NCBI RefSeq assembly: GCF_018350175.1
Contig: NC_058368.1
Location: forward strand, 137,208,001-137,272,000
DNA from: Felis catus
Lineage: Eukaryota
DNA length: 64,000 nt
Direction: 5' to 3'
Below the pieces are notes generated by a model. The model searched no databases. It saw nothing but the letters and a program-made list of their open reading frames with translations, and had not been told where the DNA came from. The first letter of the stretch is position 1, and each line of letters begins with the position of its first letter. Below are positions 13,746 through 24,097 of the stretch, piece after piece. Position numbers and translations under genes: made by a program.

Positions 13746-16700
13746 GTTTTTTGGAGGCGGGGGTGGGGGGTGGGGGTGTTGTTTTGTTTATTCCTTGTTT
13801 AAATAAAACGTGTTGATTTCTGTGTTGTGCGTTATAGTACAGGGGTACCTGATCCAGGACTGCAGGGAAGAACGTTTTTTCCTCAACATGTGGCTTTTAT
13901 CTCTAAATGCAAGGCTGTCACTCAACTCATTTCCACTTCCCAATCAGGGAAGGTGGGAGGAGGAAGGGGAAGGCAAACAGCTTCCCTCTCTTCCAGCAAC
14001 TTCTCATTTTGAAACATTTCGAACCTACAGAACAAAATAGAAAGATTTTTTTAAAAAATGGAGCCAAGAGCCTTTTAGCTAGATTTATTAATTGTGGATA
14101 TTTTGCCATTGGTTTTTAACTCTATATAAGTAGGATAATGCTGAAAGTTACACAAAGGAGCATGTCTTATCATATAAAAGGAAGGTCAACAAGCCAGTTA
14201 GAAACATTCCAATGGAAACGGTTGATTTGATAAGAAATGTTGTGGATGATTTTCCTTTTTATTCCCTTTTTTATTAGAATGCTTGCCCCACAAACAAAAA
14301 CACAAATAAGAGAGAAGATTTTTTTAAAGAAGAAAAGCATCGAATCCGCAGCAGAACGCTAGCAGCCTAGCCTCTCCAAGTGAAGAATAAGAAGGTAGGT
14401 ACCTGGTAGTGTGGGAACAGAAAGGGCTTCGGCTCTGGGTACAAACCCCAGCTCCATCACTTGCTGAGCTTTGCAATAAGCAGGCAAGTTATTTAGACTT
14501 TCTGAGCCTGTTTCCTCATATATAAACTATGTGAGGATTTAGTACAAATCGGTATTTCCAATGATTCTAGGGTGGAACCCAGCAGTCAGTCTTTTTAACA
14601 GATCCAGTGTAGGTGGTCCACAGAACAATATTCTGAGAAACAGTGAGTAGGAAGAGAACTAACTCGGTGTGTTTAATGGAGACCAGTTACAAGAAAGAAT
14701 CTAGAACGGGGGAAGAGGCCACCCCAACCCTTCACATGGTCTCCTCCTCCACCCCCTCTGCCTGCTCCCTTATCCTCTCCCACGTTTGAGGCTGCACACA
14801 ATTTTGCCTGTATGGCTCCAGTTTGGGCTTCTCCGGGTAAAGGCCTCCTATACCATCTTCGCCACCACACCTCATCCACGTTTTCCACTGGTGTCCAACA
14901 AAAAGCTTCTGCTGCAGACAGCCCAGTGTGCTGGGCACCATTGGGACCCTCCCACCGGGCCTCACCCTCTATCTCCTATTCAGACCTCAGCTTCAGTTTT
15001 CTTCTTCCAAGAAACTCCCTACCACAGCCACTCTGAGTTCTCCCCTCTACCTTGCACTTAATTCTACTTTGCTTTATTCTCCACCTAGACCGTTGTTTCA
15101 TTCTGGGCATCGCTACATGTGCTCTGAGCTCCATCAGAACAGAAGCAGTGATTCTCCTTCCTCTTCTTTCTTTGTGACGCTTAGCACAGTAGTACAGTAC
15201 ACATAGTAGGCACGCAAGTCAGCCTATATTGACTGCCTGATTATTTAGATGACGTACTGAGGAAAATGAGATGGAATAAAGGATGAGCACAAATGTGGAG
15301 CCTCTTGTAGTCTGATGAACCCACACAGGGGCCCTTGAGTATGGCTGAACCAGTCTTCAAGGGTGTTTTAAATAATGAGCTATATGTGGCTGAATAAAAG
15401 TAGAGTTCAACATAAAATCTGAAATAAATGAAAAGCAATTGGTAAACAGCTGCTGTCACATGCTCTGTTGTGTCTTTGATGAGTTTCAATTAAAAATAGC
15501 CCTAATACATCAAAAAAAAAACCATGGTGAATTCCCTTTATTGTCCCTTTAATGTGTTACTAAGGAGTTATTGGTATCATTTCATGGCTCCAGCACAAAT
15601 GCCTCTAGGATTTATTGCTGGGTTCACATCTCTGCTCTTTTATGGATTTCTTCCAAGAGGGGCTTGAATACGGGGCTCCCATTATATGTCCCTTGTGGTA
15701 GGTTGGCTAGAGCAAGCTGCATCAGCAAATGGCAATAAAGCTCACCAAGGCAACAACTGTTCCTCACCAGTGTAGTTTGATTTAGAGCAGAATGTTTCCA
15801 GATGGATTCTGATGTAACCCTTTTACTTCCATCTTTCGACAACACTGAAACTGAAAAATCAATTACAGCACCCAAGCACCCAAGTTGCTGAATTTTGCTG
15901 AGGGTGGGAGGGGGTGGTAAAAAAATATATATACATACACATATATACACATAGATATATACATATACATTTCCCTGTAGACAAAAGCACATTTTGTAAA
16001 TAACTAAAAAACAATGGGAGAATGTCCTGGAAGGTGATCGGTGTGTTTAATGGAGACCAATTACAAATAAGTACTATTAGAAAAGACCTTATTTATTTAA
16101 GAGCTTAAAAACAACTTTAATCACAAACTCTTAGTTTGTTATGTCAACAGGCTGTCAATAAAAATCTGGTTCCTGGGGTCAGTAGAGTCACTAGTGCATT
16201 CATCAGTCCTGCTTCTTTAACCAGAGGCAGAGGCCAAATCTCATTAGCTCGCTCTGTCTCCGGGAGGAGGGAGATCATCTATCAGTTACGTTACTGCGTG
16301 ACAAACCATACAAAAAAGAGCTTTAAATCTGCTGGCGCTCTAAACCCAGGAAGGAGAGGATAAATGTCCTTGGATATCAGCTCTAACAGAAAGAATCTGC
16401 AGAAGGCAACCCGATGATTGCCTGTGGGTGGGTTGGGCTGTGTGGCTGTTTTGTTTTAAATTAGCCAATGATTGCGAACTTCATACAGCAGACCTGACTT
16501 GCCCTTTCTGGGTGTTTTCTAATCTCAACCTCCATAGAGGGCTGCAAAACGGTGTTGTGAAATTAGCATGAGTTTAGTGACCCTGTAATTAGATAACTTT
16601 CTCCCATGGAAATCCAACTCCTGAATCACTAAACAGATGTGATGGGCTGTTCACTGTGCATCTGGCTATAAAAGAAGGCAACAGATACAATACGTTTCTA

Positions 16701-16924
16701 ATTATGTAAGTGACAGTGCAAGGAAGGACCATGATCAGACTGCCTTCTTCATTTCAATACCCTCAGGTGACTTCCTTTAATAGAAATCAACATGCCGTTT
16801 GACCAATATTTTATTCCCACCTTATCCAACCTGTATTGATCTAAACGACTACCAGTCAAAATTGACTACCCCACCTCCCAGATGCTTAGCAAAATCTCAG
16901 TTGATTTGATTGTCCACTTCATAG

Positions 16925-17070
16925 AGTGATGTTTCTCGAATGCATTTACAAATCACCTGGGTATCTGGGTAAAATGTAGATTGTGACTCAGGAGGTCCGG
17001 GGTGGAATGTTGAGAGTGCATGTTCTCAGGTGATGCTGATGCTGCCAGTCTGAGAGTCACACACTGGACA
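16925..17070. mobile_element. MER5A DNA transposon
   Basis: aatcacctgggtatctgggtaaaatgtagattgtgactcaggaggtccggggtgg...caggtgatgctgatgctgccagtc. Confidence 0.75.
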
Positions 17071-17183
17071 TAAATCACGTTAATAATATTGTCTAAAATT
17101 TCCAACAGGAAATATAAACACAGTTACATAATTTCATGTAATTTGTTTCCTGAAAGATAAGAATATGTTTACAGAGAAGTCAA

Positions 17184-17405
17184 AATGCGCCTGGGTGTCT
17201 CAGTCGGTTAAGTGTCCAACTTCTGCTCAGGTCATGATCTCGCGGTTTGTGGGTTTGGGCCTCGCGTCAGGCTCTGTGCTGACAGCTCAGAACATGGAGC
17301 CTGCTTCAGATTCTGTGTCTCCCTTTCTCTCTCTGCCCCTCCCATGCTCATGCTCTGTCTCTCTCTATCTCTCAATAATAAATAAACGTTAAAAAAATTT
17401 TTTTA
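17184..17405 (+). mobile_element. CAN-SINE
   Basis: TSD agagaagtcaa at 17173-17183 and 17406-17416. Confidence 0.93.
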
Positions 17406-18420
17406 AGAGAAGTCAATATTGGGCATGAATTTTAAAACACAGTTGTAGTCGCCCTAAATGTTATCACCATGGATAAACATCTTTTGAGGCCTCAAAGAGG
17501 TCCTTTAAGGTCGATGAATATTGACTTCAGGAAGTGATCCAAAACAGAACACAAACTGATTCATTTAAAGCAAAGCTTGAATTCAATACTTTTCCCCAGC
17601 TGCTCTATTGATGACTGCTTGGCTTTTTCTTTGCAGTAAATATACATAAACAAATCGAAATATGCTCTCCTTATTTTTAAAACCTCTTCCTGAGAATAGG
17701 ATTCAAGTTCATTTGCTTACCTACAGCATCTGTTGTGCAGCATTTGTTTAAATATGACATACTTAAATAAGATTTCAGTTATATAAACTAATTTCCTTTG
17801 AAATTGATTAACCTAATACAGATTCAGCTGTGGAGATAAATGTAAGACACCAGAATATTCTAGTTCACCTTTAATCATATTAGGGCCCTGTACTTAATAA
17901 CTACTTTCTTCTGAGGCGCTCATAACACCTCATATTCATCCTCCCACTAACCTTTTCTGAGCTTGGTAAAAAAAACAAAAAAATGTTTTCTTTTTATAGA
18001 TTTGGATTTGCAAGGCTAATACCTAAAGTCTATTTAATTTTTGTGTAATTTGAGAAAGTAGAACATAGTAACACCTTGGAGGTGATTCTCTTATTGAGCA
18101 TAACTCAGTTTTCCAAAAGCATGGTTAATGGATTCTTGGCCCTAGGACAATTTCCTATGCACAAAAAGAACACTGTAATAAAACAGCTAAATATACACAC
18201 TCCACAGATATTTATTTAACATCTGTACTACTACTATTACTACTAATAATAATAATTAATGCTTATAATAAACTAGGGACAATTCTAAGCACTTCACACA
18301 TAAATCGTATTCTTTACAACCTACATGTTAAATACTAATATTATCCCCATTTCACAGATAAAGAGAGTGAAGTACTTCGAGACTAAAAATTTACCCAAGG
18401 TTACAAAGCTGGTAAGTTGC

Positions 18421-18735
18421 TGTTACGGTCTCAATGTTTGTATCTTCCCAAAATCTGTATGTTACAATCTTAACCCCCCAAAATTATGGTATTAGGAGGT
18501 GGGGCCCCTGGAAGGTGCTTAGGTCATGAGGATAGACTTCATGAATGGGATTAATGTTTTATAAAAGAGACCCCAAGTTTCTGAGAGACACCAGGAAGAG
18601 GGATCTCACTAGAACTTGACCATGCTGGCTCCTTGATCTTGGACTTCCAGCCTCCAGAACTGTGAGAAATACATTTCTGTTGTTTAAAACCCGCTCAGGC
18701 TGTGGTATTTTGTTATAGCAGCCCAAACACATTAA
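18421..18735 (+). mobile_element. MLT1A solo LTR nested in a MIR
   Basis: tgttacggtctcaatgtttgt...ggtattaggaggtggggcc...ttggacttccagcctccagaactgtgagaaatac...ttgttatagcagccc; MIR (-) on both sides (about 18250-18420 and 18740-18810). Confidence 0.8.
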
Positions 18736-19704
18736 TCTGACTAATCCTGCTCAATCCAGAATTAAAACCTAAACAGCCTAGTTTCTGTGTCCAAGCTCTG
18801 TCACCATGCTAGATAATGATCACAACATAAGTGCTTATGGGGATAACAAACATGTGGTATCCACAATACCTTCATCCCACTTCTAACTACCAGTAGTCAT
18901 TACATTCTATAAATTTAGGTCGCTATTTCCCACAATATAAATACATTGAGGTTTTAAAATTTTGTGTTATTTCAAAAAATCATACTGAGAAAATATGAGA
19001 TTTTAGTTTTACAGTCATGGGGAGAGGACACCTTTCTCAAGTGTGACAAAAGTCTATAAAACACAAAAACAGATTTCATTGTTTAATATTGCAAAACTTG
19101 TGTACACAAGGATACTATAAGCATAATTAAAAGATAAATGGCATTTCCAAATAGTGCAGGTAATGGTGGCCACCTAAATCTGAATCTCTCTACACATACT
19201 CCAAAAAACTATACAGGTCAACAAAAAGAAGAAAAAAAGCACATACACAAATCCTGCACTTTCATTGTAACTAGAAAGCCAAAAATACTACAAACTTCAA
19301 ATGCTCTTTAATGCAGAAAAAACACAGGTTACAGCAGCACTACGCCCGGATCTCCCACCACCAGCCTTTGGAGAGACCTCGGAGTGCATCTTCAGAAACT
19401 CTGCATGGAAGAGAAAAGAGGGAAGGAAGCTGTGATAGTTCCCGGAAGGAGAAAGGCCACCGTAAGTGTGAAAATAGTAAAAGAGTTCCGGTAGCTAAGA
19501 GCATTGACTACAGGAAAGAAACTGCAGAGTGACCTGAGATTCAAAAAAGCAGTTCTGGAAAGACTGGGGAAGGAAAGGATGGAAAAGTAGAAGGAATCTT
19601 CATATACTTCATAGAGAAAGCAAAAAGAAACATCAGAGAAAGATTCAAAGACTCAAGATCCTCCAAGACAAAAGAAAACAAACAAACAAACAAAAGGACA
19701 CACA

Positions 19705-19920
19705 GACACTATTTGGGCCAAATACATTTTTTTTCTTATTGAAGTATAGTGAGATTTATTCTGTGCATTGAACAATGTTTGACAATACCCTTGGCCTCCA
19801 GGCGTCATTGGTAGACCAACCCCCCTCCTGCCCCCCTGCCCCCCCCCCCCCGCCAATTATGACAACCAAAAATGTCTCCAGTCTTTGGCAAATGTCCTCT
19901 GGAGGCAAAACCACTGACAT
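19705..19920. mobile_element. MER20 fragment
   Basis: tttgggccaaata...tgtgcattgaacaatgtttgacaataccc...tgacaaccaaaaatgtctccagtctttggcaaatgtcctctgg. Confidence 0.65.
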
Positions 19921-19978
19921 AGAGCAATGATTTATTGCATTGCTGATTGGTTTGTTTGTTGTTTGAAGACTCATCTTT

Positions 19979-20186
19979 TTTTTTTAAGATTGATTGATTG
20001 ATTGATTGATTGATTTAGAGAGAGTGCATGCTTGCATAAGCAGGGGAGAGGCAGATAGGAAGAGAGAGAATCCTAAGCAGTCTCCACACTGTCAATGTGG
20101 AGCCCGATGCAGGCAGTCCATAAGATCATGACCTGAGTCGAAATAAAGAGTCAGACATTTAACCAACTGAGCCACCCAGGCACCTC
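19979..20186 (-). mobile_element. CAN-SINE with (GATT)n tail
   Basis: Flanked by tgaagactcatcttt at 19964-19978 and 20187-20201. Confidence 0.9.
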
Positions 20187-20211
20187 TGAAGACTCATCTT
20201 TATTATTTTTT

Positions 20212-20302
20212 TTTTACTCTTAATATTTATTTTTTAAAATTACATCCAAGTTAGTGAGTATATAGTGCAATAATGATTTCAGTAGAATCCAGTGATTCAT
20301 CC
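20212..20302 (-). mobile_element. Very short 5'-truncated L1 3' end
   Basis: The reverse complement tactgaaatcattattgcactatatactcactaacttggatgtaattt matches the L1 3' end at about 61560-61610 in this window; flanking repeat tattatttttt. Confidence 0.75.
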
Positions 20303-20510
20303 TATTATTTTTTAAGTTTATTTATTTACTTTGAGACAGAGTGAGTGAGCAGGGGAGGGGCAAGAGAGAGGGAGAGAGAAGATCCCAAGAAGGCTCTGCA
20401 CTGGCAGCTCAGAGCCCGATGCAGGGCTCTGACTCACAAACCGTGAGATCTTGACCTGAGACAAAATCAAGAGTCAGACGTTTAACTGAATGAGCCACCC
20501 AGGTGCCCCT
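20303..20510 (-). mobile_element. CAN-SINE
   Basis: Full SINE body ending ccacccaggtgcccc, followed by tgaagactcatcttt at 20511-20525. Confidence 0.92.
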
Positions 20511-20734
20511 TGAAGACTCATCTTTAAATGTTTGCCTTTTTGTGGTAAGTCGTTGAGAGAAAAAAAAATAAAGAAAATCAGAGGAAGGAAAAGAAGTTCT
20601 ATTCTCTCATTCATTTACTCTTTCAACACATACCTATGGAATGCCTACTAAGTAATCTGCATTGTGCAAAAGATGAATAAGACATAGTCACAATCCAAAT
20701 TTTCCTTTCCATATTATTTCATTTAATAATATCA

Positions 20735-21015
20735 TGGCTTGATTAACTTCTGTATGGCTTTGTTCCTTCTATCGTATCTTCTTCCTTCTATAGGCAGACT
20801 AGACTATGAATATTCTTCTCATGACAATGGCAAGGGCTCAAGAAAGTGGAATCACATGAGCCCTGGGCTCAGAACTGAAACACCATCACTTCTACCCTGT
20901 TTGCTTCGGTCAAACACAATATCACGAAGGGGGTTAAGGAGAACTACAAATTCACACAGCAAAGGACATGGACACAGAGTTGAAGAATTAGGGCCTATGC
21001 TGCAATTTGCCACAG
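20735..21015 (-). mobile_element. MLT1J-like LTR fragment
   Basis: ctgggctcagaactgaaacaccatcacttctaccctg...cagcaaaggacatggacacagag...gaattagggcc...tttgccaca. Confidence 0.45.
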
Positions 21016-21089
21016 TGGAGAAAAAAAAAAAACTTAAATCTAGTTTTATTATCTCAAAGTTAAGATTTCTTTGTTTTTAAGTTCTTATT

Positions 21090-21297
21090 TTATTCATTCA
21101 TTCATTTATTTATTGACAGTACATGCATGAGCAGGGGAGGGGCAGAGGGAAAGGGACAGAGAACCTAAAGCAGGCTCCACACCCCGTGCAGAGCCTGACG
21201 TGGGGTTCAATCTCATGACCATGAGATCATGACCGGGGCTGAAATCAAGACGCTTAAGCTTGATTAAGGTTAGCACGGCTGAGCCACCCAGGCACCC
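21090..21297 (-). mobile_element. CAN-SINE inserted in the L1 tail
   Basis: SINE body; flanking near-repeat tttaagtt(c/t)ttatttt. Confidence 0.85.
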
Positions 21298-21498
21298 TTT
21301 AAGTTTTTATTTTAAGTCCAGTTAGTTAACATGCAGTGTTATGTTAGTTTCAGGTACACTATATGGTGATTCAGCAATTCCATACATCATCCAGTGTGCA
21401 TCACAAGTGCACTTCTTAATCTCTATCATCTATTTCATCCATCCTCCCACCCACCTCCCCTGGTAACCTTCAGTTTGTTCTTTATACTAAGGGTCTGG

Positions 21499-21531
<33 letters not shown>

Positions 21532-21695
21532 TTCCCTTTGCTTGTTTGTTTTGTTTCTTAAATTCCACATATGAGTGAAATCATAGGGCACTTATCTTTC
21601 TCTAACTTACTTCACTTAGCGTAATACTCTCTAGCTCCATCTGTGTCATTGCAAATGGCAAGATTTCATTCTTTTTTATGGCTGAATAATACTCC

Positions 21696-21697
<2 letters not shown>

Positions 21698-21739
<42 letters not shown>

Positions 21740-22032
21740 ATATATTCCATATATATATACACACCATATATTCCATATATATACACACACCATACATTCC
21801 ATATATATATATTTTGTATATATATGGAATATATATTCTATATATATATTTTTCTCTATATATATTCTCTATATATTCTAATATGTTCTATATATATTCT
21901 ATCTATATATCTATATAGATATTCTATATATAATCTATATTTTATATATTCTATATATAGAATATATATATATTCTATATATTCTATGTATATATTCTCT
22001 GTATATATGCTATCTATATATTCTATATATAT
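21698..22032. repeat. Degenerate (TA)n expansion inside L1 ORF2
   Basis: About 330 bp of TA-rich repeats between L1 actccatt and gccacatcttc. Confidence 0.9.
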
Positions 22033-23007
22033 GCCACATCTTCTTTATCCATTCCTCTATTGATGGACCCTTGAGCTGCTTCTGTATCTTGGCTATTGTA
22101 AATAATGCTGCTATAAACATAGAGCTGCATGTATCCTTTTGAATTAGTGTTTTTGTATTCTTTAGGTAAGTACCATGTAGTGTGATGGCTGAGTCATAGG
22201 GTAATTCTATTTTTAACTTTTTGAGGAAACTCCACACTGGTTTCCAGAGTGGCTGCACCAGTTTGCATTCCCACCAACAGTATAAGAGTGTTTCTTTTTC
22301 TCCACATCCTTGCCCACACCTGTTCTTTCTTGTGTTGTTGATTTTAGCCATTCTGACAGGCATGAGATGATATGTCATTGTAGTTGTGATTTACATTTCC
22401 CTAATGATAAATGATGATGATCATCTTTGTATGTGTCTGTTGGCCATCTGTATGTCTTTGGAGAAATATTTATTCATGTCTTTTACCCACTTTTAATTGG
22501 ATTATTTGGTTTTGGGGCATTGTTTTGTAAATCCTTTATATATTTTGGATACTAATCCTTTATCGAATATGTCATTTGCAAATACCTTCTCCCATTCAGT
22601 AGGTTGCCTTTTAGTTTTGTTGATTGTTTCTTTCACTCTGCAGCAGCTTTCTATTTTGATGTAGTCCCAGTGGTTTATTTTTCCTTAGGTTTCCCTTGCC
22701 TCAGGAGACATATCTAGAAAAAAGTTGCTATGGCCAATGTTAGAGAGGCTAGTACCTGTTATCTCTTCTATGATTGTTATGGTTTCAGGTCTCACATTTA
22801 GGTCTTTAATCCATTTTGGATTTATTTTTGTGTATGCTTTAATAAAATGGTACAGTTTCTTTCTTTTGCATATTGCTGTCCAATTTTCCTGACACTATTT
22901 TTTTGAAAAAACTGTCCTTTTCCCATAGAATATTCTTTCCTGCTTTGTTGAAGGTTAATTGACCACATAGTTGTGGGTTTGTTTCTGGACTTTCTACTCT
23001 GTTCTAT

Positions 23008-23203
23008 CTATCCATCTATTTATGAAAGTGAGCATACAAATGGGAGGAAGAGAGAGAGAGAGAGACAGACAGAGAGAGAATCTTAAGCAGTCTCCCCACC
23101 CAGCATGGAGCCCAGTGCAGGGCTTGATTTCGCCAGGGTGGGATCATGACCTGAACAGAAATCAAGAGTTGGATGCTTAACTGACTGAGCCACCCAGGTG
23201 CCC
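23008..23203 (-). mobile_element. CAN-SINE in L1
   Basis: TSD ctctgttctat on both sides. Confidence 0.88.
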
Positions 23204-23642
23204 CTCTGTTCTATTGATCTATGTGTCTATTTTTGCACCAGTACCACACTGTTTTGATTATCAGAGCTTATAATATAACTTGAAGTCCAGAATTGTGATG
23301 CCTCCAGCTTTGGTTTTCTTTTTCAATATTGCTTTGGCTATTCATGGTCTTTTGTTGTTCCATACAAATTTCAGGGTTGTTTGTTTTACTGCTGTGAAAA
23401 ATAGTCTTGGTATTTTGATAAGGATTGCGTAAGTGTGTAGATTCCTTTGGATAATATAAACATTTGAAAAATATTTATTCTTCCAACTCATGAGCATGGA
23501 ATGTCTCTCCATTTCTTTGTATCATTCTCATTGTCTTTTATCAGTGTTCTATAGTGTTCAGAGTACAGGTCTTTCACCTCTTTGGTTAAGTTTATTCGTA
23601 GATATTTTATTATTTGTTTTGCGATTTTAAATGGGAATATTT

Positions 23643-23842
23643 TCTTTTTTTTCTAAAGTTCACCCATTTAATGGGGTGCCTGAGTGGCTCAGTCAGTTAA
23701 GTCTCCGACTCTTGATTTCAGCTCAGGTCATGATCTCACAGTCATGGAATTGAGACCCACATGGGTCTCTGGGCTGACAGTGTGGAGCCTGCTTGGGTTT
23801 CTCTGTCTCCTTTTCTCTCTACTCCTACCCTGCTTGTGCTCC

Positions 23843-23886
<44 letters not shown>

Positions 23887-24097
23887 ATAAATAAATAAAC
23901 ACTAAAAAAATAAAACATTGCTCAAGTTCACCCATTTATTTGGGGGTGGGGGTAAAGGAGAGAGGGAGAGAATCCCAAGTAGGCTCTGTGCTGTCAGCAC
24001 AGAGCCTGATATGGGGCTCAATTCCACGACTGTGAGATCATGACTCAAGTCAAATCAAGAGTTGGATGCTCAACTGACCGAAACCCCCAGGTGCCCC
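23643..24097 (-). mobile_element. CAN-SINE (-) carrying a nested CAN-SINE (+) at 23673-23923
   Basis: Inner TSD aagttcacccattta at 23656-23670 and 23924-23938; outer TSD tggga(a/t)tattt at 23632-23642 and 24098-24108. Confidence 0.88.

Noticed and set aside
14673..15206. Cluster of overlapping 70-92 aa ORFs
   Set aside because: C/T-rich, probably degenerate L2-like sequence; no coding signature.
19964..20525. CRISPR-like repeat-spacer pattern from three identical 15-mers
   Set aside because: Mammalian DNA; the spacers are SINE and L1 insertions and the repeats are target-site duplications.
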